In this document: one piece after another, positions 11,074-20,694 of the stretch
Numbering within the stretch: the stretch's first letter is position 1
Layout of the letters: every line of letters starts with the position of its first letter
Assembly (NCBI GenBank): GCA_041497675.1
Contig: JBGQGY010000007.1
Span: forward strand, 1 to 60,528
Reading direction: 5' to 3'
Length of the DNA stretch: 60,528 nucleotides
Source of the DNA: a bacterium
Lineage (GTDB): Bacteria; Sysuimicrobiota; Sysuimicrobiia; Sysuimicrobiales; Humicultoraceae
The notes under the pieces: generated by a model
The model's database searches: none
What the model was told of the DNA's origin: nothing
The model's input: only the letters and a program-made list of their open reading frames with translations
Program-made: the position numbers and the translations under genes

Positions 11074-11957
11074 GCGCGGTCGCCGCCGGCGCGGCCCCAA
11101 TGCGGGTCGTCAGACCGCCCGACAGGTGGCGTCTCTTGTTCACGCGCCTCCGCCGCAGGCCGGTCGTGGCCGCGGCGTTGGTCGGGCTCGTGGGGCTCAT
11201 CGTGCTTGCTGCCGCCGCCCCACTCGTGTCGCCGTACGATCCGTACGAGTTGATCCCGGGCGAGACGCTGCGCCCGCCCACGGCACGGTTTCTCTTCGGT
11301 ACCGACGACCTCGGCCGCGACATCTTCAGCCGGGTCATCTACGGCACACGCATCTCGCTGCAGATCGGCGTCGTGACGGTCTCGATCGCGCTGATCCTGG
11401 GGACCGGTGTGGGGCTGGCGGCCGGCTATTACGGCGGCCGCATCGACAGCGGGTTGATGGCTGTGATGGAAGTGATGCTCGCCTTTCCGCAGATCCTGCT
11501 GGCGATGGGCATTCTGGCCATGCTGGGGCCGAGCCTGACCAACGCGATGATCGCGGTCGGGCTGTCGGCCGTGCCTGTGTACGCGCGGACGGCGCGCAGC
11601 GTCACGTTGGGCGTCAAGGGGATGGATTACATCGAGGCCGCCCGTGCGCTCGGCGCCGTCGACCTCCGCATCGTGGCGCGACACGTCCTGCCCAACATGA
11701 TCCCGCCGATCATCGTGCTGGCGACGGCCGGCATGGGGATCTCGCTGCTGGTGGCGGCCGGCCTGAGCTACCTGGGGCTCGGCGCGCAGCCGCCGCTGCC
11801 TGAGTGGGGGTCCATGTTGAGCGCCGCCCGCGCCTACCTGCGAAATGCGTGGTGGATAGCGACGTTCCCTGGGATGGCGATCATGGTCGTGGTGCTCTGT
11901 CTCAACATCTGCGGCGACTGGCTGCGTGACCTGCTCGACCCGCGGCTGCGTATCTGA
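11070..11957 (+). CDS. Peptide ABC transporter permease (DppC/OppC-like)
   Basis: FGTDDLGRDIFSR, YIEAARALGA, LSYLGLGAQPP.PEWG. Confidence 0.93.
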   Translation: MSAVAAGAAPMRVVRPPDRWRLLFTRLRRRPVVAAALVGLVGLIVLAAAAPLVSPYDPYELIPGETLRPPTARFLFGTDDLGRDIFSRVIYGTRISLQIGVVTVSIALILGTGVGLAAGYYGGRIDSGLMAVMEVMLAFPQILLAMGILAMLGPSLTNAMIAVGLSAVPVYARTARSVTLGVKGMDYIEAARALGAVDLRIVARHVLPNMIPPIIVLATAGMGISLLVAAGLSYLGLGAQPPLPEWGSMLSAARAYLRNAWWIATFPGMAIMVVVLCLNICGDWLRDLLDPRLRI

Positions 11958-11977
11958 AGGACACGACAGGAGGGGAC

Positions 11978-12823
11978 ATGCCGACGTCAGCCGCATCCGT
12001 GCTCGAAGAGATTGGGACGCTGGCGGCCGGCTTTTCCGGAACGCTCGGCGTGTGGGCCCGCTCGTTCGATTCCGGCGAGGTGATCGAGTGGCAGTCGAAT
12101 GAGACGTTTCCCGCGGCGTCCACGATCAAGCTACCCATCCTGTACGAAGTGTTCCGGCAGGCGGGCGAAGGGCGGTTTGGGCCGGCGGACACACGGACGC
12201 TGAAGGCCGACGACCAGGTCGGCGGTTCCGGGATCCTGAAGGATCTGACCCTTGGACTCGTCCTGACGGTCAAAGATCTTGCGACGCTGATGATCGTGAT
12301 CAGCGATAACACGGCGACGAACATGCTGATCGATCTCGTGGGGCTGGGCGCCGTCAACGCGTCGTGCGAGCGTCTGGGTCTGTCCGGGACGCGACTGGAG
12401 TTCAGGGTGCAGCGCGCCCCAGAAGGCGCGCGGGTCATGAACCGGTCGACGCCCGCAGACCTGGGGCTGCTGATGAGCCTGATCGCGCGCGACGAGATCC
12501 TCACACCCCACGCCTGCAAGGAGATGCTGGCCGTCCTCGACCGCCAGCACCTCACCGATAACATCACACGGCGCCTTCCGGAGTTCGATGGCTACGTCGA
12601 ACAGGGCAAGGAACCCGCCGTCGTCGTCGGGTCAAAGAGCGGCTCGGTCAGGGGCACGCGCAACGATGTGGGCTACGTCCGCGCGCACGGCCGCCGCTAT
12701 GTCATCGCGATGATGAGCAAGGGGTGCACCGATGTGCGCTTCTACCATGACAACGAGGCGTCGGTCCTGCTGCCGAAGGTCTCGGCGGCAGTCTATCGAT
12801 ACTTCGCCGCCGCGCGCGGCTAG
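11978..12823 (+). CDS. Serine hydrolase, class A beta-lactamase-like (beta-lactamase2 family), no signal peptide
   Basis: SxxK (AASTIK), SDN (ISDNTATN), KSG and NDVG motifs. Confidence 0.85.
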   Translation: MPTSAASVLEEIGTLAAGFSGTLGVWARSFDSGEVIEWQSNETFPAASTIKLPILYEVFRQAGEGRFGPADTRTLKADDQVGGSGILKDLTLGLVLTVKDLATLMIVISDNTATNMLIDLVGLGAVNASCERLGLSGTRLEFRVQRAPEGARVMNRSTPADLGLLMSLIARDEILTPHACKEMLAVLDRQHLTDNITRRLPEFDGYVEQGKEPAVVVGSKSGSVRGTRNDVGYVRAHGRRYVIAMMSKGCTDVRFYHDNEASVLLPKVSAAVYRYFAAARG

Positions 12824-12890
12824 CCGGAGGTTATTCTGTCGAGGCGCCGAACGTTCATACTCATCCCGCCGTGCTGTGAGGAGGACGCGC

Positions 12891-13316
12891 ATGCCTGAGA
12901 TGGCCTCGCACGTCGAGCATCTGAAGAAGGTCCCGATCTTCAGCAGGCTCCCAGCGAAGGAACTCGAGCACATTGCCCGCTCGCTCAAAGATCGATCCTA
13001 CGACGCTGGGAATGTCATCGTGAAGGAAGGGGATCCGGGTCTGGGGTTCTTCCTCATCACGCAGGGGCGGGTCGTCGTCTCACACCGCGACCACACGATT
13101 CGGGAGCTTGGGCCCGGGGAGTTCTTCGGAGAGATGGCGCTGATGGAGGAACGACCCCGGTCAGCGACCGTGACGGCCAAGGAACGGACGCAGTGCCTAC
13201 AACTGGTGCGGTGGGACTTTAGGGCGTTGCTGAAACAGAATCCCGATCTCGCTGTGCAGATGCTCGAGGTCGTCGTGCAGCGGCTGCGCGAGCATCCTGC
13301 CAGTCACGACGAGTAG
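12891..13316 (+). CDS. Stand-alone cyclic-nucleotide-binding domain protein
   Basis: LKKVPIFS, GEFFGEMAL...PRSATV. SD GAGGAGG before ATG 12891. No Crp HTH. Confidence 0.88.
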   Translation: MPEMASHVEHLKKVPIFSRLPAKELEHIARSLKDRSYDAGNVIVKEGDPGLGFFLITQGRVVVSHRDHTIRELGPGEFFGEMALMEERPRSATVTAKERTQCLQLVRWDFRALLKQNPDLAVQMLEVVVQRLREHPASHDE

Positions 13317-13330
13317 ACGGCAGCGGGCGG

Positions 13331-13363
13331 AAAAAGCACCGGGGAGGCTTCGGGCCTCCCCGG
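13331..13363 (-). terminator. Intrinsic terminator of the cold-shock gene, possibly bidirectional
   Basis: 10-bp stem CCGGGGAGGC/GCCTCCCCGG (13339-13363) with AAAAA at 13331-13335, a U-tract on the minus strand. Lies between convergent genes. Confidence 0.8.
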
Positions 13364-13387
13364 ACCAGGCGGCAATTTGCGTTATGA

Positions 13388-13594
13388 CTAGACGATCGGC
13401 TTTACGTTCGCGGCCTGCGGACCCTTCTGGCCCTGCACGACCTCGTACTCGACCTTCTGTCCCTCGTTGAGGCTCCGGTAGCCCTCTGCCTGAATCGCGG
13501 AGTAATGGACGAAGACATCCTTACCGCCTTCGTCAGGGGTGATAAAGCCATAACCCTTTTCAGCGCTAAACCACTTCACAGTTCCCATCGGCAT
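13388..13594 (-). CDS. cspA: Cold-shock protein
   Basis: [32 protein letters not shown]. Confidence 0.95.
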   Translation of the reverse strand: MPMGTVKWFSAEKGYGFITPDEGGKDVFVHYSAIQAEGYRSLNEGQKVEYEVVQGQKGPQAANVKPIV

Positions 13595-13771
13595 GCCCTA
13601 CCCCACCTCTTTCATTCGACTACCGTCCGCCACTGCCGCCTGACGGCCGTTCACCACGACCTGCGAGGTACGGTGATTTGCCAGAGGGAGGGAGAATCCT
13701 TCTTTCGGGGCGAACCAGTGCTCGCGAACCGGCCGCAACTGTTGGGGATCCATTAGCGTATGATATCGTTG

Positions 13772-15091
13772 ATGCGTGTCGCGATTGCCTCGGTACTGGC
13801 CCTCGCGCTCGTCTTGCCCGCCGTGGGGCCACCGGCCGGCGCGGCAACGCCCGCCGCGCGTCTGGTGCGGCACCGGCTCGACACCGGGCTCACGATCCTT
13901 GCGGAAGAGAGCACGACCAGCGGTCTGGTGGCGCTCCACACCTGGGTGCGCGTCGGATCCAAGGACGAGAACGACGAGACCAACGGCGCCGCGCACTTCC
14001 TCGAGCACATGCTCTTCAAGGGGACGGCAAGACGGAAGACCGGCGAGATGGATCGGGCGATTGAGGGTCTCGGCGGCGTCCTCAACGCTGCGACCTCAGT
14101 GGACTTCACCTACTACTATGTCGTTGGCGCCGGCCGCGACTTCGATCAACTCCTGGACCTGCAGTCCGATGCGATCATGAACTCGACAATTGACGCCGGC
14201 GAGGTGGACCGCGAGCGGACCGTCGTCATCGAGGAGATCAGCCGGCGCGACAACTTTCCGGCGACGCTCGCCTTCGAGATGCTCCGCGCTGCGGCGTATG
14301 CGGCACACCCGTACCGCCGATCCGTCCTGGGGCCCCGCACCGGCATCGAGCGGATGCCGCGCGACGTGCTCATGGACTTCTACCGCGCACACTACGTCCC
14401 CGCAAATCTGACCGTGGTCGTTGTGGGCAGCGTACCGGCCCGCGACGCCGTCACGAAAATCGCGCGAGTCTACGCGCCGTTCACGCGGCCGGCCCCCTCC
14501 AGACCGCCCCGGCCCATCGAACCGCCGATCAGCGGGGTGCGCCGGTCCGTGGTCGAACAGGATGTGCGCGTGGCGTACCTGGCGCTGGGGTTCCCGGGGG
14601 TGTCCGTGCGCGATCCGGACCTCTACGCGACCGACGTGCTCGCCTACCTGCTGGGCCGCGGTCTAGGCGCGCGGCTCCGGCAGCAGCTGCTCGAACGGGC
14701 CCGGGTGGTGCAGTCGATCAGCGCGTTCTTCCCCACGCAGGAGGATCCATCGCTCTTCGTGATCCAGGCGGTCGCCGACCCTGCGCAGGTGGAGCGCGCA
14801 GAATCGGCCATTCTGGCCGAGCTGGCCGGCGTCAGAGATCAGGGCGTGACCGACGCTGAGTTGGCCCGCGCGAAGAACTTGCTGGAAGGCGAGTACATTT
14901 ATGAGGGGCACACGACCCGCGGCCGCGCGTATGACCTGGGTCTAGCCTCGACGATCGCAGATCTGGAATTCGCGCACACCTATGTCGCACATGTTCGACG
15001 GGTGACCCGTGACGACGTCTTGAGGGTCGCCCGTCGACTTTTCGATCCGCACCGCTACGTGGCGGCCGTCGTTCGGCCGAGGAGCCGCTAA
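13772..15091 (+). CDS. M16 (pitrilysin-like) zinc peptidase, catalytic subunit, with signal peptide
   Basis: Inverted zinc motif HFLEH, LNAATS.D.T.YY, ER.VV.EE. Hydrophobic N-terminus. Start 13772 preferred, 13760 possible. Confidence 0.88.
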   Translation: MRVAIASVLALALVLPAVGPPAGAATPAARLVRHRLDTGLTILAEESTTSGLVALHTWVRVGSKDENDETNGAAHFLEHMLFKGTARRKTGEMDRAIEGLGGVLNAATSVDFTYYYVVGAGRDFDQLLDLQSDAIMNSTIDAGEVDRERTVVIEEISRRDNFPATLAFEMLRAAAYAAHPYRRSVLGPRTGIERMPRDVLMDFYRAHYVPANLTVVVVGSVPARDAVTKIARVYAPFTRPAPSRPPRPIEPPISGVRRSVVEQDVRVAYLALGFPGVSVRDPDLYATDVLAYLLGRGLGARLRQQLLERARVVQSISAFFPTQEDPSLFVIQAVADPAQVERAESAILAELAGVRDQGVTDAELARAKNLLEGEYIYEGHTTRGRAYDLGLASTIADLEFAHTYVAHVRRVTRDDVLRVARRLFDPHRYVAAVVRPRSR

Positions 15092-16423
15092 GTGCGGCGA
15101 CTGACCGCGGCCCTGATCGCCGCGGGGCTGCTGATCGTGCCGCAGGCCTCCAGGGCCGCGTCTCGCCCCGGCGTCACCCGCCATGTGCTGGACAACGGCT
15201 TGACCGTCATCATCAAGGAAAACCCGCAGAGCGACTTGGTGGTCACGGAAGCCGTCGTCCGCGCGGGCCCGCGGGTGGAAGAGTCGCGCCAGGCGGGGAT
15301 CACCTTCTTCGTCCGGGCCATGCTGCTGCGGGGTACCGGTCGCCGGAGCGGCGCTGAGATTGCGGAGGCGATCGAATCGGTCGGCGGGCAGCTTGGGGGT
15401 GGGACCACCGCCGACTTCACGGCGCTCTATACGATCACCACGAGCCGGCACGTGGATGCGGGGATGAACCTCGTCGCCGATCTGCTGACCGATGCCCGGT
15501 TCGATCCGCAGGACGTGGAGACACAGCGCCGCGTGAGCCTGTCACGCATCGCGCAGAACACCGACCAGCCGTTGCAGCAGGCGATCGACTTGTTCAACGC
15601 GACGCTGTACCCGTATCACTCGTACGCGCAGTCGGTCTTCGGCACCGCCGAATCGGTAGGGTCGCTGACTCGTGACGACCTGGTCGCATTCTACCGCGGC
15701 TACTTTACGGCTCCAAATATTGTTCTCGTGGTCACTGGGAATATCGCGCCTGACGTCGCTCTGAATAAGGTGCGCCGGGCCTTTGGCGGCCTGCGGGCCG
15801 ATCCGCCGCCTCGCCGGACTGGATGGCTGCGGGCAGTTGAGCGGGCGCTGGCCCCCGCGCCGCAGGCCCCGCAAGAGATCAGACAGACGCGCGCGATCTC
15901 CGCGGCATGGATCGCGCTGGGCTACCTGACGGTGCCGGTGGGTCACCGGGATTTTCCGGCGCTGCGCGTCCTCAACGCGATTCTTGGTGAAGGCCAGTCG
16001 TCGCGTTTGTTTGTGGCAATCCGCGAGAAACGCGGATTGGCCTACCAGGTCGGATCGGCGCTGCCGCCCCGCGCCGGGCCGGGATACATCCGTCTCTCCG
16101 CGGGTACCGCGCCGCCGGCGCTGTCGGCCGTCGTCGCCGAGATGCTTGAGCAGGTCGAGCGGCTGCGTGCGGACGCGCCACCGGCCGACGAGGTCGAGAA
16201 GGCGCGGCGTGGGGTCATCGGCCGCTACGCCCTGGCCCACGAGGATCTCGAGGCCCATGCGTTCTATCTGGGGTGGTACGAGATGCTCGGCGTGGGATAC
16301 GAGTTCGATGCGCTGTTTCCCGAGCTCATTGCCCGAGTGACACCCGAGGACGTACTCCGCGTGTCGCGCCGGTACCTCACCAATCATGTCCTGGCTGTGG
16401 TGGCGCCGCCGACAGCACGGTGA
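15092..16423 (+). CDS. M16 peptidase non-catalytic partner subunit, with signal peptide
   Basis: M16 architecture (LDNGLTVI, SSRLF..IREKRGLAY) but HxxEH replaced by FFVRA. Abuts the upstream gene. Confidence 0.85.
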   Translation: MRRLTAALIAAGLLIVPQASRAASRPGVTRHVLDNGLTVIIKENPQSDLVVTEAVVRAGPRVEESRQAGITFFVRAMLLRGTGRRSGAEIAEAIESVGGQLGGGTTADFTALYTITTSRHVDAGMNLVADLLTDARFDPQDVETQRRVSLSRIAQNTDQPLQQAIDLFNATLYPYHSYAQSVFGTAESVGSLTRDDLVAFYRGYFTAPNIVLVVTGNIAPDVALNKVRRAFGGLRADPPPRRTGWLRAVERALAPAPQAPQEIRQTRAISAAWIALGYLTVPVGHRDFPALRVLNAILGEGQSSRLFVAIREKRGLAYQVGSALPPRAGPGYIRLSAGTAPPALSAVVAEMLEQVERLRADAPPADEVEKARRGVIGRYALAHEDLEAHAFYLGWYEMLGVGYEFDALFPELIARVTPEDVLRVSRRYLTNHVLAVVAPPTAR

Positions 16424-16507
16424 TCAGAGGTGCAGGGAGCGGGTCGGGTTCAGCGAAACGGTTCAAAGGTACTTACGTCGAAGGCATTCGCGTCGAGGGA
16501 GGCAATC

Positions 16508-17140
16508 ATGCTCGTGATGCTGCGTGCAAGTCTGGTCGTGGTGGTCCTGGCGCTCATCGTGCCAGTGGCGGGACCCGTCGCCGCCGGGCCGGCAGCGCCC
16601 TCGTTCTTCCCGCTCGCCGTCAACGCCGAGTGGACCCGGAAGAATGACGATAATACTACCTCGACCTCGAAGGTCACGGGGCCAAAGACGGTCGGCAGCG
16701 TGCGATGCATGGTGATCGAGCGAAAGTTCACGCAGCAGGGACGCGACCGGACCGAGCGCAACTGCTATCTGGCCACCGCGACCGAGATCCTCGTCATTGA
16801 CACGACAAACTTTCGCGGCGATCTCACAACGCTGAAGCCGCCGCGGGCGCTGCTGAAGCTGCCCCCAAAGGCCGGGCAGGCATGGTCCTGGGCCCCCGAG
16901 GAGTCAACGTTTGAGGTCAAGCTGGCCTCGAAGTGGCTCGCGGAGGAAACGATCAAGGTTGGCACCGTCCAGTATAAAGCGTGGAAGCTGGAGACGATCA
17001 CCACCGGTGAAGATATGGAAGTCAAGGCGTACACCTGGTACGCGCCGGGCATCGGGGCGGTCCGCAGCGAGCGGAAGGGCTACCGGGGCGACCGAAAGAT
17101 CAGCGGATGGACCGAGCTCGTCAACTACAAGATCCCGTAG
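16508..17140 (+). CDS. Secreted hypothetical protein, beta-rich
   Basis: SD GGAGG, signal peptide, FFPL...W, C-terminal WYAPGIG.V..E motif. GC3-biased codon usage. Confidence 0.7.
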   Translation: MLVMLRASLVVVVLALIVPVAGPVAAGPAAPSFFPLAVNAEWTRKNDDNTTSTSKVTGPKTVGSVRCMVIERKFTQQGRDRTERNCYLATATEILVIDTTNFRGDLTTLKPPRALLKLPPKAGQAWSWAPEESTFEVKLASKWLAEETIKVGTVQYKAWKLETITTGEDMEVKAYTWYAPGIGAVRSERKGYRGDRKISGWTELVNYKIP

Positions 17141-17169
17141 CGTCGCGCCGTCGTTGCGGGTCTCGTGTC

Positions 17170-18207
17170 TTAGCGTCCCCAGGTGATGACGCACGTGGCC
17201 CAGGTGAACCCGCCGCCAAACGCCGCCAACACGACGTGATCACCTTCCCGGATGCGGCCGGCACGCACGGCTTCCCAGATCGAGATCGGGACAGAGGCCG
17301 CTGAGGTGTTGCCGTAGGTCTCGATGGTGCTCACGAACCGGTCAAACGGCAGGTTCATCGCCCTGGCGATCGCTTCCAGGATCCGGCGATTCGCCTGATG
17401 CGGGACGATGCACGCGATATCATCCATCGTCAGCCCCGCCCGATCTACCGCCTGACGAATGGCATCGGGGACGACCCGGACGGCGAGCTTGAACACGGCC
17501 TGGCCATCCATGCGCGCCCGGTGCAGGTTTTGATCGATGGCGGCCTGGCTGATGGGGATGCGGCTGCCCCCCGCGGGCAGCTTCAGCAGGTCGCCTGCCG
17601 AGCCATCCGCGCCCACCACGGCCGAGCGAACTCCACCGTTGCGCGCCGGCCCCATCACGACGGCGCCCGCGCCGTCGCCGATGAGCACGCAGGTCGAGCG
17701 ATCCTGCCAATCCACCAACTTTGTCAGCACCTCGGCGCCCACGACGAGCACGTGGCGGGCGATGCCTGATCCAATGGCCTGAGCGCCTGAGATCACCCCG
17801 TACACAAATGACGAGCACGCGGCGAGCAGGTCAAACGCCCCGGCCCGCGTGGCGCCGATGCGGTCTTGGACCAGGCAGGCCGTCGCCGGGAAGATCATGT
17901 CCGGCGTGGTCGTCGCGCAAATGATGAGGTCGAGGTCTTCGGGCCGCAGGTTGGCGTCCTGCAACGCCGCCAGCGATGCCGGGACCGCCATGTCGGACGC
18001 GGCCTCATGGGCTTCTGCGATGTGCCGCGTCCGGATCCCTGTCCGCTCGACGATCCAGGCGTCGGTTGTCGCGACCATCGCCGCGAGGTCGTCATTGGTG
18101 AGGATGCGCGACGGCACGTGCACGCCGAGCCCCATGATGGCGGCTCGGGTCACGGCCTGCCGTGGCGGTGCGATGGTGGGTGGCGTGAGCGGCTGCGGCA
18201 TGGTCAT
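17170..18207 (-). CDS. fabH: 3-oxoacyl-ACP synthase III
   Basis: WIVERTGI, AACS (catalytic Cys), PHQAN, YGNTSAAS, FGGGFTW. Confidence 0.93.
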   Translation of the reverse strand: MTMPQPLTPPTIAPPRQAVTRAAIMGLGVHVPSRILTNDDLAAMVATTDAWIVERTGIRTRHIAEAHEAASDMAVPASLAALQDANLRPEDLDLIICATTTPDMIFPATACLVQDRIGATRAGAFDLLAACSSFVYGVISGAQAIGSGIARHVLVVGAEVLTKLVDWQDRSTCVLIGDGAGAVVMGPARNGGVRSAVVGADGSAGDLLKLPAGGSRIPISQAAIDQNLHRARMDGQAVFKLAVRVVPDAIRQAVDRAGLTMDDIACIVPHQANRRILEAIARAMNLPFDRFVSTIETYGNTSAASVPISIWEAVRAGRIREGDHVVLAAFGGGFTWATCVITWGR

Positions 18208-18305
18208 GCGGGTTCGGCGACCTCGTAGGGTCTCCTGCCGCGGGAAGAAGGGGCCAGGCCTGCGGCGTTATGTGCCGCAGACAACCGGTTGACCGGAGGT
18301 GCGTG

Positions 18306-18707
18306 ATGTCGCTCAATGACGCCACCCGCGCGTTCTTGGATAATCCCTACACCGCCGTTTTGGCCACGACGTCGGTTCGGGGACGCTCGCAGGCGACGCC
18401 CATCTGGTACCTCGTGGACGGCGATCACATCGTCGTGAACACGAGCCGGGGCCGCGTGAAGCTCCAAAATCTCGAAGCCAACCCATACCTCGCGCTGACG
18501 GTCGTCGACCCGCAGAATGTGTACCGGTACGTGCAGGTCCAGGGGAAGGTCGTGCGTTTCGATCACGAGAGCGGCGCGCGTGATATCGATCGACTGTCGA
18601 TGCGGTACACCGGCAAGCCGTACCGATATGCGGCCGGAAACACACCCGAGGAGCGCGTCACAATCGTGATCCGCCCGCTGCGCGTCAGCGGGTTGCGCCT
18701 CGGGTAG
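18306..18707 (+). CDS. PPOX-class (pyridoxamine 5'-phosphate oxidase-like, putative F420-dependent) oxidoreductase
   Basis: AVLAT...G..Q.TPIW, K..NL..NP.LALTV.D, YRYV.V.G. SD GGAGGT. Confidence 0.8.
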   Translation: MSLNDATRAFLDNPYTAVLATTSVRGRSQATPIWYLVDGDHIVVNTSRGRVKLQNLEANPYLALTVVDPQNVYRYVQVQGKVVRFDHESGARDIDRLSMRYTGKPYRYAAGNTPEERVTIVIRPLRVSGLRLG

Positions 18708-19500
18708 TCTCGAGTCTGCCGACGAGCCACCGTCGCAGATCGACGAGGGTCTGCACGGTCAAGTCGGGACGGGGTTCACGGCGTCCCGCACGCCGGTTCG
18801 CCTCTACACCCGTCATCACCAGGATCGTGAACACACCCGCCGCACGGCCGGCCGCGATGTCGGTGGAACGCTGGTCACCAACCATCGCCGTCTGCTCCGG
18901 CCGCGTGCCCGTACGCGTCATCGCTTCGCGGAGCAGGCGTGGATCGGGTTTGCCGACGACGACGGGTTCGCGGCCGCTGGCGAACCGCAGCGCGGCGACG
19001 ATCGACCCGGCGCCGGGGAGCAGCCCGGTTTCGGTCGGAAGCATGGGGTCGGGGTTGGTGGCGACAAACGCCGCCCCCCGGTTCAGCGCCGCGAGGGCCA
19101 GCGCCAGCTTCTTGTAGGTGACCCGGCGGTCGAGCCCGACGACCACCGCGGCCGCATGGCCCCATGACAGATCGAATCCGGCGTTCACGACCGCCCTGCG
19201 CAACGCCGGCTCGCCCACGACGAGCACGCGCGACCGCGGGCGCAGCACTGTCCGCAGGTATGTGGCCGTGCCGACCGACGACGTGACGATCTGGCCGGCG
19301 GGGACCCGCATGCCCATCGCAGTCAGGTGACGAACATACTGATGCGGGGAGCGCGTGCTGTTGTTGGTCACGAGTGCAAAGGGGGTGCCCGCCCGTTGCA
19401 GGGAGTCGAGCAGCGCGCGGGCGCCGGGCAACGGGCGGCGGCCGCGGTAGAGCACGCCGTCCATGTCGAACAGCAACGCGCGAAGGTGATGTGGGATCAT
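18685..19500 (-). CDS. HAD-IIA family hydrolase (NagD-like)
   Basis: FDMDGVL, TNNS, ATNPD, GKP, MVGD..STDI. Confidence 0.9.
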   Translation of the reverse strand: MIPHHLRALLFDMDGVLYRGRRPLPGARALLDSLQRAGTPFALVTNNSTRSPHQYVRHLTAMGMRVPAGQIVTSSVGTATYLRTVLRPRSRVLVVGEPALRRAVVNAGFDLSWGHAAAVVVGLDRRVTYKKLALALAALNRGAAFVATNPDPMLPTETGLLPGAGSIVAALRFASGREPVVVGKPDPRLLREAMTRTGTRPEQTAMVGDQRSTDIAAGRAAGVFTILVMTGVEANRRAGRREPRPDLTVQTLVDLRRWLVGRLETTRGATR

Positions 19501-19638
19501 GGCGCCGTCTTCTCCACACCCAAAACCGCGCCCTGCCGCCGATGACGAGTAACGAGATTGTAACGGATGGAATGATGTGAAGAGGAATCATCGCCCCCTG
19601 CGCCAACTACGCAGACAACATATTTGGGGAGGGGACCT

Positions 19639-20562
19639 ATGAATCGATCGCACGCGCTGCTCGTCTGGGCCGTCGTAGCGACCGCGCTGCTCGTCACGAC
19701 CGTGATACATCCGGATGCGCCGGGTACGGCCTCGCGCTGGGTGCAGGACGCGCTCCGAACGTCCACCGCACAGGCGCAGACGCCGGATTCACCAGCACAA
19801 TTGGAATGGATGAGCTGGATGAACTACCGTCTCACGTCGCCCAAGGGGAAGGTCATCTTCTTCAGCCCCTGGCTGCGGGATGCGCAGACCGGTGGGGGCA
19901 ACCGCGAGTCGCCCCTGACGCTCGACAACATCGACACCGCGACCGTTATCCTCGTCCCAGACGGTCACGGCGACGACATGGGACAGGCGGTGGAGGTCCA
20001 CCGGAAGACCGGCGCCCCGATTGTCACGACCCACGAACTGGCGAACTGGATGGTCTCACGCGGCGTGGATCCGACCAAGCTCCTGCGCGCGCAGCCCGGC
20101 AGCCGGTTCGAGGTCGAGGGCATCAAGATCCAGGTGGTGAACGCGGTCCACGGGTCGGGTGCTGCGGTCGGACCAGGTCCCGCCGTCTACGGCGGGGTGG
20201 CGCTCGGCTTCATCGTCACTATGGAGAACGGGGTAAGCGTCTATCACTCGATGAGCAGCGCCCTGACCATGGACATGCAGTTGTACGGGCGCCTGTACAA
20301 GCCACACGTGGCGCTGTTGGGGATCGGGTCGGGGATGTATCCCGAAGAGGCGGCGATTGCCACCGAGTTCCTGATGACCGACAACCCGAACCTGCACTCG
20401 GTGTTTCCGCAGCATCACAACTCGACCTACCCGGCCGAGCGGCAGGGTCCGGCGTTTGTGAAGGCCGTCCAATCCCGGCGGATGCGCCGCGAGGTGGCGC
20501 CGTTCGATCCCAAACCCGGCCAGGTGTTCCTAGTGAACGCGACCGGCACCAAGCCCAAATAG
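19639..20562 (+). CDS. Exported metallo-beta-lactamase-fold protein (UPF0173-like) with altered metal motif
   Basis: Hydrophobic N-terminus. PDGHGDD where HxHxDH is expected; AVHGS, GFIV..ENG..VYH, PQHH. Confidence 0.7.
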   Translation: MNRSHALLVWAVVATALLVTTVIHPDAPGTASRWVQDALRTSTAQAQTPDSPAQLEWMSWMNYRLTSPKGKVIFFSPWLRDAQTGGGNRESPLTLDNIDTATVILVPDGHGDDMGQAVEVHRKTGAPIVTTHELANWMVSRGVDPTKLLRAQPGSRFEVEGIKIQVVNAVHGSGAAVGPGPAVYGGVALGFIVTMENGVSVYHSMSSALTMDMQLYGRLYKPHVALLGIGSGMYPEEAAIATEFLMTDNPNLHSVFPQHHNSTYPAERQGPAFVKAVQSRRMRREVAPFDPKPGQVFLVNATGTKPK

Positions 20563-20694
20563 ACTGCCGCGCGCAGCGCAGCAGGAGGACTCGGAGTGCC
20601 ACAACGGGGGGCCGCGCTGCGCGGCCCCTCTCGCCTTCCAGGAGGCCGCGGCACCCTGACAGAATCACCGAGCATACGTGGGGAGGGAGTCGTC

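Noticed and set aside
20608..20628. GC hairpin upstream of paaK as a terminator or ncRNA
   Set aside because: No U-tract, and such stems arise easily at this GC content.
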